Source of the DNA: Trichlorobacter lovleyi SZ
Lineage (GTDB): Bacteria; Desulfobacterota; Desulfuromonadia; Geobacterales; Pseudopelobacteraceae
Assembly (NCBI RefSeq): GCF_000020385.1
Contig: NC_010814.1
Location: forward strand, 3,885,762 to 3,917,761
Direction of reading: 5' to 3'
Length of the DNA: 32,000 nucleotides
Position numbers and translations under genes: made by a program. This document shows positions 1 to 7,725 of the stretch, in pieces. Below the pieces are notes generated by a model. The model did not search any database. It was not told the origin of the DNA and saw only the letters and a program-made list of their open reading frames with translations. Every line of letters starts with the position of its first letter. Position 1 is the first letter of the stretch.

Positions 1-1
1 A

Positions 2-739
2 AAGTTGGCCGGTTTTGTCAGCGGCATGGCCCTCTCAAAAAAGGATCTGATCTATGATTTCAGCCTGGTTCGGATCAGTCCGCCCCTGAAAAAAGCCCCG
101 GCAAAACTTGCTGGACTATCTGTAGCCATCACCGGCTACGGCGATCAGATCCCCTTGCTTAGTAGCGGTTGGCAACAGCTTGAGCGTCAGCAGGGCAGGG
201 TGGTCATTACTACCGGCAGCCTGCGTAAGCCGGCTGACACACTACTCAAGCAGACAGCTGAAGCCTACCTGCAGCCATCGGAGGGGATTGAGTCTGCCTC
301 GGCAGAGATTTCAGCCAAGGCCAGGGAGTTGACCGGCAGCCTAAAGACCGATCTGGAGCGGATTCAAGCATTGACCACCTGGACCTCCAGCTGGCTTGAG
401 GACAGCATTGAAGATGGCGGTAGCGCCGTGGTGGCACTCAACAAAAAGAAGGGCAATTGCCAGACCCATGCCAAGCTGTACACCGCTCTGGCCCGTGCTG
501 CAGGCATCCCGACCCGTTTTGTCTCCGGCCTGGTTTCACAGGACGGGGCCGGTTTTTTATACCACAGCTGGGCAGAAAGCCTGGTGGAGGGACGCTGGCT
601 AGCGGTTGACCCCACCTTTAATCAGGTTCCGGCTGATCCGACCCATCTGGCCTTGTTTGAAGGCAACCGGTTGGCTGATCTGGCACCACTGGTGGGGGTA
701 ATCGGCAAAATCAAGGTGACGATACTGGAAGAACAATAA
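2..739 (+). CDS. Transglutaminase-like (Cys-His-Asp) domain protein, C-terminal part; the 5' end lies outside the window
   Basis: Frame is open to the window edge; the track start at 5 is only the first TTG. Transglutaminase core visible: KKKGNCQTHAKLYTALARAAGIPTRFVSG (Cys), FLYHSWAE (His), WLAVDPT (Asp). Confidence 0.75.
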   Translation, partial: KLAGFVSGMALSKKDLIYDFSLVRISPPLKKAPAKLAGLSVAITGYGDQIPLLSSGWQQLERQQGRVVITTGSLRKPADTLLKQTAEAYLQPSEGIESASAEISAKARELTGSLKTDLERIQALTTWTSSWLEDSIEDGGSAVVALNKKKGNCQTHAKLYTALARAAGIPTRFVSGLVSQDGAGFLYHSWAESLVEGRWLAVDPTFNQVPADPTHLALFEGNRLADLAPLVGVIGKIKVTILEEQ

Positions 740-826
740 CATGACCTTATTCCGATTTCAGTTCAACAGTACGTTGAGGAGCCGATGACGAGCCAACGAA
801 GATTGCGCCTTGAAATGGAATCGGAA

Positions 827-2104
827 CTACCGTTGTAACAGCTGTTCAATCCTCTGCTGATCAATACTCTCAATCGGCCCGATAACCCCCAGAAAACGGT
901 TTTCGGGCCGAAACAGTTCTGCTGCCAGCTCTTGCAACTCTTTTGCTGAAACCTGCGCAACCAGCTGCTGATCCTCATCAATGCTGCGGGCCACCCCCAT
1001 CAAGGTGCCCCAGCCAAACCTGATCCCCATCTCACTGACCGAATCACGGCTGTAATCCAGATCTGCCAGATAGACGGTTCTGACCCGCTCCAGCTCCTGT
1101 TCCGGTACTGGGGACGCTGCCAGTAACCGCAACTCTTCCAGAGTTGCTTTCAACACCGTTACCAGATTTTCAGGTGCGGTTGAGAGATCAATCGAAAGGC
1201 AGCCGGTTTCATCATAGCTGCCGATCGAGGCATCAACCGAATAGATCAGACCCAATCGTTCCCGTAACGCCAGATGCAGCCGCGAGCAGCCGCCTCCAGC
1301 CAGAATCCTCCGCAGCAGCTTCAGGGCGGTCAGCTCCGGTGCCGCACGGTGGCAGGCCCTGAAGGCCAGCTGCATGGTCATCTGGCTGTCTGAATCCCTG
1401 ACAAAGCGACAATTGGGGCCATCAGCAGGAGATGCGGCAACCGGCTGGACAACCGGCAGGGCCGCCCCCTGCCACCCCCCCAGAAAACGCTCGGCAGCCT
1501 CAACCATCAGCCCGTGCTGCACAGGGCCGGCGGTTACCACCACGGCATTGTTGGGACGATACCAGGTGGCAAGGTGCTGTCGCAGATCAGCCTCGCTTAT
1601 CCGGGCAATATCCTCCAGGCTGCCCACCGTGGATTCCCCCAGCGGATGGTCAGGCCAGAGCATCCGTCCCACCACCACATCAGGACTGATCTCGTCTCCC
1701 TCCTGGCTGATGTCCTCCAGCGCCTCTTCACCGATAATCCGACGCTCCAGCTCGATCCCCTCCAAACGTGGCCGCAGCAGCATGGAGGCCAGGATTTCAA
1801 GCCCCTGGACGGCAAAACGGGGGTGGATCCTGCCGTAGTAGCAGGTCGAATCAGCATCGGTGGCAGCATTGATTCCGCCCCCCAATGACTCAAAGGCAGC
1901 CTCAATCTCAAGCGAACTGGCGTAGTCGGCAGTACCGCGAAACAGCATATGCTCCAGAAAGTGGGACAACCCGGTTTTCCCGGCCGGATCGTTACGGCCA
2001 CCCACCTTCAGGTAGACCGCTACATCGGCGCTGTGCAGGTGGGACAACTCCACCGTAACCACCTGCAGACCATTGGCCAGGGTTGTACAGCAGGGCCTTT
2101 TCAT
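827..2104 (-). CDS. M16-family (pitrilysin/insulinase-like) zinc peptidase
   Basis: 425 aa. Inverted zinc motif HxxEH near the N-terminus (LSHFLEHMLFRGT). Length and layout fit M16B. The start overlaps the stop of the upstream HIT gene by 4 nt. Confidence 0.85.
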   Translation of the reverse strand: MKRPCCTTLANGLQVVTVELSHLHSADVAVYLKVGGRNDPAGKTGLSHFLEHMLFRGTADYASSLEIEAAFESLGGGINAATDADSTCYYGRIHPRFAVQGLEILASMLLRPRLEGIELERRIIGEEALEDISQEGDEISPDVVVGRMLWPDHPLGESTVGSLEDIARISEADLRQHLATWYRPNNAVVVTAGPVQHGLMVEAAERFLGGWQGAALPVVQPVAASPADGPNCRFVRDSDSQMTMQLAFRACHRAAPELTALKLLRRILAGGGCSRLHLALRERLGLIYSVDASIGSYDETGCLSIDLSTAPENLVTVLKATLEELRLLAASPVPEQELERVRTVYLADLDYSRDSVSEMGIRFGWGTLMGVARSIDEDQQLVAQVSAKELQELAAELFRPENRFLGVIGPIESIDQQRIEQLLQR

Positions 2105-2535
2105 GCCGCCTCCAGTGCCTGGCGGATCTGCTCACAACGCTGGCGATATCCTTCATTTGAAAGGTGGCTTTCTGGATGGGGCTCTGCCCAGACCGGCCTG
2201 GGCCAGAGCGGCTCATTGCTGAAACGGGGTATCAGATGCCAATGGATGTGGGGCACCATATTGCCCAGTAGCTCGTAATTGATCTTGTCCGGCTTGAAAA
2301 GACCGGCAAGGGCGGCTGCGGTTCTGGTCACCTCTTCCATCATCCCCTGGCGGGTCTTGAGGTCCAGATCAAACAGTTCGGTGACATGCTGCTTGCTGAA
2401 CAACAGACAGTAGCCGGGAAAGAACTGATCCCGGTTCAGAATCAGATAGCTGTACTCAAATTCCACAATCCGCAGATCGGCATCATCATCCCAGCGGCTG
2501 CACATCGGGCAGCCGGTTTGCTCTCTTATCGTCAT
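2101..2535 (-). CDS. HIT (histidine triad) family nucleotide hydrolase/transferase
   Basis: 144 aa. Histidine-triad motif HIHWHLIPR near the C-terminus. AAGAGG Shine-Dalgarno upstream of the ATG at 2535. Confidence 0.8.
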   Translation of the reverse strand: MTIREQTGCPMCSRWDDDADLRIVEFEYSYLILNRDQFFPGYCLLFSKQHVTELFDLDLKTRQGMMEEVTRTAAALAGLFKPDKINYELLGNMVPHIHWHLIPRFSNEPLWPRPVWAEPHPESHLSNEGYRQRCEQIRQALEAA

Positions 2536-2540
2536 GGTGA

Positions 2541-2678
2541 GCCTCTTTCAAAATGTTGTGAGGAAGGTCGGATACAAGGCGCACGGAGCGCAACGACTGA
2601 GACATACCATTCAGGTAGGCGAAGAAGTGAGCACCGCGCAACGCAGTATACGGCCTCCGCAGTAGTTTTGAAAGGGGC
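2541..2678 (-). other. Structured intergenic element between the kinase stop and the HIT start: 13-nt inverted repeat arms plus an internal direct repeat
   Basis: Arms GCCTCTTTCAAAA (2541-2553) and TTTTGAAAGGGGC (2666-2678) are complementary at 12 of 13 positions. The left arm contains the HIT Shine-Dalgarno. GCGCAACG occurs twice inside (2588-2595, 2636-2643). Confidence 0.35.
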
Positions 2679-3623
2679 TCATGATTTCTCCACAAGGGGT
2701 AGTTGCAGGGTAATGGTACAACCGCTGCCGGGACCGGCACTTTCAGCCTGCACTGCGCCGCCGCAGCCTTCAATCACGGACTGGACAATATACAGCCCCA
2801 GTCCGGTGCCACGAATCCGCTCATCCGGCAGTTCTACCCGGTAAAAACGACGGAAAATCTTGCGCAGTTCTGCTTTAGCAATACCACGACCGTGATCTTT
2901 TAATGCAATAATCGCCCAGCGGCCTTTACGACTCAGCCGCAATTCCAGCTCCGGCACACCGGGCGAATAGAGTACTGCATTTTCCAGCAGGTTACGCAAC
3001 ACAGTCCCCAGCTCATCAGGCTCCACCGCCGCCTTCAGACCAGGTTCAAGTTCCAGCTCAAGCCGGGTACCCGGTGGCAGGCGATCACGGTTTTCATCCA
3101 GATATTTCTGCACAAAGGCTGAGAGATCAATCACCCGCCGGTCAGCCGGACGCCGGCGCTGTTCAATCCGGGCGGCCAGCAGCAGGTTGTCAATCTGGGA
3201 ATGCAAGCGATGGGTATCATCCAGCATGGTATCCACAAAGCTGTCCAGGCGTTCTGCCGAGGGACGGCGCAACTGGATCGTCTCAAGATGAAGCTGGATT
3301 GATGCCAGGGGCGATTTCAGCTCATGGGTCACCTGGGTGATAAACTCGCGCTGTTCCTGATAGAGCCGCGACTGACGGCGCCAGAAGATGAACAACGTAT
3401 AAACACCGGCCAAAATCGCTGCCAGCAGCAGCAAGCCCTGCACCAGTGGAGACCAGCCCTCGGTCCGGGCCAGCAGCTCCGGACTGTAGCGGGTGGCCAG
3501 TTCTTTCAACTGGCGATGCCTGCCCACAAACCAGGTTACCCACAGTACCACCACCACCACCCAGACCAACTGGATGGCCACCAGGGCAATCACCGGATTA
3601 AAAATACGACGAATCAGTTTCAT
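2679..3623 (-). CDS. Membrane sensor histidine kinase (two TM segments, short periplasmic loop, HisKA + HATPase_c); no adjacent response regulator
   Basis: 314 aa. Two N-terminal hydrophobic segments. H-box THELKSPLASI. N/G boxes LLENAVLYSP, DHGRGI and GTGLGLYIV. Confidence 0.85.
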   Translation of the reverse strand: MKLIRRIFNPVIALVAIQLVWVVVVVLWVTWFVGRHRQLKELATRYSPELLARTEGWSPLVQGLLLLAAILAGVYTLFIFWRRQSRLYQEQREFITQVTHELKSPLASIQLHLETIQLRRPSAERLDSFVDTMLDDTHRLHSQIDNLLLAARIEQRRRPADRRVIDLSAFVQKYLDENRDRLPPGTRLELELEPGLKAAVEPDELGTVLRNLLENAVLYSPGVPELELRLSRKGRWAIIALKDHGRGIAKAELRKIFRRFYRVELPDERIRGTGLGLYIVQSVIEGCGGAVQAESAGPGSGCTITLQLPLVEKS

Positions 3624-3646
3624 CTGATATGACGCGTCTTTCCTGG

Positions 3647-3675
3647 TTGAATTTGTAACGCCGTTCTGTTATAAC
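3647..3675 (+). promoter_or_regulatory. Candidate sigma-70 promoter for the 3728 gene (TTGAAT-17 nt-TATAAC)
   Basis: TTGAAT at 3647-3652, a 17-nt spacer, then TATAAC at 3670-3675, about 50 nt upstream of the AAGGA Shine-Dalgarno and the ATG at 3728. Sequence match only. Confidence 0.35.
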
Positions 3676-3727
3676 CCAGACCCGCTGCAGATCACACCAC
3701 TAAATACACGCAAGTAAGGAACAAATA

Positions 3728-4210
3728 ATGGCATCCTACGACTTCACCCGCCTCAGACGTCTCACGATCATCCACAACGTGGTGCAGGTCGGCCTGCTGG
3801 GCCTGTTAATGTTTATGGCCTACAATTTTATGCTGGCTTTTGCCAAGTATGGCATGTCCGGTTTGTTTGTCAAAAGCTTCATCATGGCGGTGGTCGTGCA
3901 GCTGATCTGTATGTATCCTGCTTGGTGGCTTGCCGGCAAGGATGTTGAGGTAGAAGTTGAGACAAGCCTTGTTGGAGTTACGCCGGAACAATTGGTGGCA
4001 CTGCGCCGCAGACGGCTGCTTGGTGATATCTGGAAGCTCTCTGCCCTGGGCGCCTTTGTGGTCTTTATTTTCATGTCACCCAGTGTGGAAAAAGGACGGG
4101 CGGCATCGCTGTTCCTGTCGGTTTCCTACTATTCGTTCCTGCTGGTGGCCATTACCTACTTCCAGTGCTTTAACTTCATTGCCAAAAAGCGCCGCAGGGA
4201 ACTTGCCTGA
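3728..4210 (+). CDS. Hypothetical integral membrane protein (about 4 TM segments)
   Basis: 160 aa. AAGGA Shine-Dalgarno before the ATG, four long hydrophobic stretches, basic C-terminus (KKRRREL). A strong terminator hairpin follows. No recognisable family motif. Confidence 0.55.
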   Translation: MASYDFTRLRRLTIIHNVVQVGLLGLLMFMAYNFMLAFAKYGMSGLFVKSFIMAVVVQLICMYPAWWLAGKDVEVEVETSLVGVTPEQLVALRRRRLLGDIWKLSALGAFVVFIFMSPSVEKGRAASLFLSVSYYSFLLVAITYFQCFNFIAKKRRRELA

Positions 4211-4233
4211 AACACTACCGCCGTACTTGAATG

Positions 4234-4261
4234 AAACGGCCCGGTGTAAACCGGGCCGTTT
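4234..4261. terminator. Bidirectional intrinsic terminator hairpin between convergent genes
   Basis: AAACGGCCCGG (4234-4244), loop tgtaaa, CCGGGCCGTTT (4251-4261). This is an 11-bp perfect stem flanked by an A-run and a T-run, lying between the stops at 4210 (+) and 4271 (-). Confidence 0.65.
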
Positions 4262-4270
4262 CTGTATCAA

Positions 4271-4825
4271 CTAGTCATTATCACGGCCATGGCCGCGGCC
4301 ATGTTTTTTGTGTTCCTTCCACTCCTCGCGCGCTTCCCGCTTGTCCTCCTTACGACGGTCCTTCTCATCCCGCCACTCTTCTCGTTCCTCCCGACCAGGC
4401 CGGAAATGTTTACCGCGGTAGTGATCACGATTCGCATGGTAGGCGCGGTACTCATGATCACGGTAGTAGCGGATCTTCTCCACCTTGTATCGTCTGACCG
4501 GTGCCGGGAGCTGCTCGTAGCGGGTTACCACCCAGGGACCGTTATAATGGTTGGCCCGATACCAGTGATTACCTTGAAAGAGGTAGTAGACGCCGGAAAT
4601 GAGAACCATGTCGTAGGACATATCAACTCCCACATAGAACCCCAGTGACGATGGCGCCAGAAAGAGCGGCGGCGCATCAAAGACCACCCGGGGCGCCACC
4701 ACAACCGTGGGAGGCGGCGGTACCGGCACTCCCAGATTAACATTAACATTGAAATTGGACTCAGCTGCTCCAAGTGACGGGACCGCCATAAGTGCTGCCA
4801 GGACCAGAGCTGTTGCGATTCGCAT
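4271..4825 (-). CDS. Hypothetical exported protein with an extremely charged R/E/K/H/D-rich C-terminal tail
   Basis: 184 aa. Signal peptide MRIATALVLAALMAVPSLGAAES. AGGAGG Shine-Dalgarno upstream. Pro-rich linker. Aromatic core GVYYLFQGNHWYRANHYNGPWVV. Last ~60 aa are nearly all charged (REEREEWRDEKDRRKEDKREAREEWKEHKKHGRGHGRDND). Confidence 0.6.
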   Translation of the reverse strand: MRIATALVLAALMAVPSLGAAESNFNVNVNLGVPVPPPPTVVVAPRVVFDAPPLFLAPSSLGFYVGVDMSYDMVLISGVYYLFQGNHWYRANHYNGPWVVTRYEQLPAPVRRYKVEKIRYYRDHEYRAYHANRDHYRGKHFRPGREEREEWRDEKDRRKEDKREAREEWKEHKKHGRGHGRDND

Positions 4826-4869
4826 CTGCTGTTTCCTCCTTATAATGGAATACTCTGCCTAAAGCATAT

Positions 4870-7386
4870 TCAGTGCCATGATTGGAAAAACTGCTCCATC
4901 CGGCTGAATACCTGATCCAGCGGAGCGATCAGTTGTGCGGCCTCAGGCAAAGACTTTCTGAAACGCGCACCATAATTCTTGGTGACCATCCGGCTATCAA
5001 GAATCAGCACGGCCCCACGGTCAGTCCGGCTGCGGATCAGGCGGCCAAAGCCCTGACGCAGCTTGAGCACCGCCTGGGGCACTGACATCTCACGGAACGG
5101 ATCGCCCCCCAGGCTGGTGATCCGCTCTGCCCTTGCCTGCTGGATCGGCTCTGTCGGCACCTGAAACGGCAGCCGGGCAATCACCACCAAGCGCAGGGCA
5201 TCCCCCTTGACATCCACCCCTTCCCAGAAAGAATCAGTACCGAACAGCACGGCATGCTGTTCCTTGCGGAAACGGGCCAACAGCTGGTGCCTGCCGCCCC
5301 CCTCACCCTGCCGCAATACCGTTATTCCCTGATTTTCCAGTTCAGCTTTAAGGGCAGCATGAGTCTGACGCAGCAGGTCAAAAGAGGTGAACAGCACAAA
5401 GGCGCCTCCCTGCGAGATGCTGATCGCCCGCAGCACTGCATCAGCCAATGGCTGGCGAAAGGCAAAACTGGTTGGGTCAGGTAGATCCCGGGGGATGGCC
5501 ACCAATGACTGCTCTGCATAATCAAAGGGTGAGGCCAGTGCCAGCTCCTGCAGCCGCTCCGACTCCAGCAGGTCAAGGCCGGTCCTTCTGCGCAGATAGC
5601 CGAATGAGCCACCCACGGTCAGGGTGGCTGAGGTCAGCACCACCGTGGGGATCGGATCAAGCAAAGCGGTCTTGATGGTCTCTGCCACATCCAGGGGTGC
5701 CACACAGACCGTGGCCTGGCTGCCCCGGCTGGTCTGCTTGGCCTCCAGCCAGCAGCAGGCCTCAGGATCATCAGTGCAGAACCAGGCCAGTTCACGGCTG
5801 ATCGCCACCAGACGCTGACCAATGCCAAAGGCGTCAGTTAACAGCCCGTTCACCGCCTGCATGACCGTGTCCGGCAGCTTGGCAGCAGCCCGGTCCAGTG
5901 CTCCCAGACCATCGGCCAGTTCCTGCAACTGCTCGCCCAGACGCTTCAGGCGGGTCTCCAGCTCATGCCAGAACGGTGTGGCACGCACCTCTGCGGTAAT
6001 CCTGCGCTTCAGCTCACCACCCCGCTGATCATCTCCTTGTTGCATTTCACCTTGCAAGGCCTGGGCAAGCCAGTCCAGCTCACGGTCAACCGCGCCTGCC
6101 AGCTCATGGACCTGGGGCAGTAGGGCAGCCTCGATCAGGCCGGATAGTTCCTGATACAGGGCATCCAGCTCTTCCGGTAGTTCCTTGCCGATCTTGGTGT
6201 TCAGTACGCTCAGGATGCCGGCTCTGCCACCGGATGGCGCCAGCCTTGACAGTTGCTTCATCAACCCGGCCCGGCTGATCCTGACTGACAAGGCGCCGGT
6301 GGCCGCCTCTTCCAGGTGGTGGGCCTCATCAATAATCAGACGGCTGAAGGGTGGCAGAATGGCAACCGCATCATAACCGCTCTCACGGCGCAGGGCGATA
6401 TCAGCCAGCAGCAGGGCGTGGTTGACCACCAGCAGCCGGGCTGAAGCGGCATCGCGGCGCGCCTTGTAGAAAAAGCAGCGGTTAAACTCCGGACAGCGGG
6501 AACGGCCACACTGGTCTGCCTCGCAACGCAGGTCATCCCAGACCTCCCAGGCAGGATGGAAGGAGAGATCGCTCAGGCAGCCGCTGCGAGTGGTTTCGCT
6601 CCAGGCAGCTATGGCCTGTAACTCCTCCGAAGCGCTGTCCGGGAACAGGGACGGCTCATCCAGCACCCCGCCCAGTTTGCGCAGGCAAAGGTAGTTGCCG
6701 CGCCCCTTGACCAGACAGGCGGTGAACTCCGTGGCAGCATGGCGTTGCAGCAGGGGAATATCCTTCTTGATCAGCTGTTCCTGCAGGTTGATGGTGTTAG
6801 TGGAGATCACCACCCGTTGATCATTACGCATGGCCCAGAGCAGGGCAGGCACCAGATAGGCCAGTGATTTGCCGGTGCCGGTACCGGCCTCAATCAGCGC
6901 CACGGTGTTGTCGTTAAAGGCGGTTGCCACGCTAAAGGCCATCCGCACCTGTTCATCCCGTTTTTCATACCCCTTAAGATGCTTAGCCAGCATCCCGTCA
7001 GAGCCAAAGACCTTTTCCAGCTCATCAAAATTAAGCCGTTCGCCGGTGCGGGGGGTATGGGGCGCCACCACCAGATAGCAACGCTGGCAGTCATTGTCGA
7101 TGATGCCGAAACCGATCCCGTTGTTGCCGCAGATCGAGGCCAGATCAAGATCAGCATCAGAGGGGATCAGCTCGCCGGAGGGGTGGTTGTGCAGCACCAT
7201 CTGGCCGGCCGAGGCGCGGGAGAGGATGGCCGGTACGGCGTGCTTATTGCCACGGGCAATGGCCTCGGCAGAGACCATCACACCATTGTCGTCCAGGCAG
7301 GCGATGAAGAAGACCTCATTACCACGGGCCTGTTTGATCTCAAAACGGATCAGGGCGCTGCAATCAGTTGAAAAGGTTGCGGGCAT
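4870..7386 (-). CDS. RadC-like JAB/MPN domain fused to a DinG/XPD-family Fe-S ATP-dependent DNA helicase
   Basis: 838 aa. The N-terminal ~110 aa carry a complete JAMM motif: upstream Glu in GNEVFF, then HNHPSGELIPSDAD (HxH-x7-S-xx-D). Helicase motifs: motif I AGTGTGKS, DEAH box IIDEAHHLEE. Cys cluster typical of the XPD/DinG 4Fe-4S domain (NYLC ... DQCGRSRCPEFNRC). C-terminal motifs TSATL, GTDSFWEGVDVKG, QGFGRLIRS. Confidence 0.85.
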   Translation of the reverse strand: MPATFSTDCSALIRFEIKQARGNEVFFIACLDDNGVMVSAEAIARGNKHAVPAILSRASAGQMVLHNHPSGELIPSDADLDLASICGNNGIGFGIIDNDCQRCYLVVAPHTPRTGERLNFDELEKVFGSDGMLAKHLKGYEKRDEQVRMAFSVATAFNDNTVALIEAGTGTGKSLAYLVPALLWAMRNDQRVVISTNTINLQEQLIKKDIPLLQRHAATEFTACLVKGRGNYLCLRKLGGVLDEPSLFPDSASEELQAIAAWSETTRSGCLSDLSFHPAWEVWDDLRCEADQCGRSRCPEFNRCFFYKARRDAASARLLVVNHALLLADIALRRESGYDAVAILPPFSRLIIDEAHHLEEAATGALSVRISRAGLMKQLSRLAPSGGRAGILSVLNTKIGKELPEELDALYQELSGLIEAALLPQVHELAGAVDRELDWLAQALQGEMQQGDDQRGGELKRRITAEVRATPFWHELETRLKRLGEQLQELADGLGALDRAAAKLPDTVMQAVNGLLTDAFGIGQRLVAISRELAWFCTDDPEACCWLEAKQTSRGSQATVCVAPLDVAETIKTALLDPIPTVVLTSATLTVGGSFGYLRRRTGLDLLESERLQELALASPFDYAEQSLVAIPRDLPDPTSFAFRQPLADAVLRAISISQGGAFVLFTSFDLLRQTHAALKAELENQGITVLRQGEGGGRHQLLARFRKEQHAVLFGTDSFWEGVDVKGDALRLVVIARLPFQVPTEPIQQARAERITSLGGDPFREMSVPQAVLKLRQGFGRLIRSRTDRGAVLILDSRMVTKNYGARFRKSLPEAAQLIAPLDQVFSRMEQFFQSWH

Positions 7387-7696
7387 GAAGATCAGGATTG
7401 TTCGTCAGACAATAAGTTCATATCTGAGTATGGTGCCGGGCGTATCTCCCCCAGCGACTTCAGGCAGGTCTTCCGGTCCTCATCACCCCCAAAAATCGTA
7501 GCGCGGTTGTTGTCGCGTTGCATAATCTGATATGGGTGACCAGGCGCTATGCTGCAGGCTGTTTTTAACATCGGTTGGATAGTAATGACAGTTATTCGCA
7601 TTGGCAATACAAATGTGGTGAATGGCCCGAATGGTGCGTTGTCGGCAATAGTACATGCACCTGAAAGCAACTCGACTCAACAGATGGTGTTCGCTA

Positions 7697-7724
7697 TTGA
7701 CAGCACACATCATTCCGCTAAGCT
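7697..7724 (+). promoter_or_regulatory. Weak candidate sigma-70 promoter for the kinase gene (TTGACA-16 nt-TAAGCT)
   Basis: Perfect -35 TTGACA at 7697-7702, 16-nt spacer, poor -10 TAAGCT at 7719-7724. It would leave almost no leader before the ATGs at 7726/7732, and no Shine-Dalgarno is visible there. Sequence match only. Confidence 0.25.
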
Positions 7725-7725
7725 A

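Noticed and set aside
740-826. Possible terminator or inverted repeat between the convergent transglutaminase-like and M16 genes: TTCCGATTTCA ... TGAAATGGAATCGGAA.
   Set aside because: The arms are imperfect with an internal bulge, the loop is about 50 nt, and there is no T-run. This is not convincing as a terminator or a defined element.
7549-7725. N-terminal extensions of track ORFs: kinase from 7549, regulator from 9408, MFS from 12943.
   Set aside because: The extensions have no features. They either overlap the preceding gene or hairpin, or precede an obvious signal/TM segment or REC start. Better-placed internal starts exist: ATG 7726, GTG 9444 in a GTGA overlap, and ATG 13018 with a GAGAGG Shine-Dalgarno.
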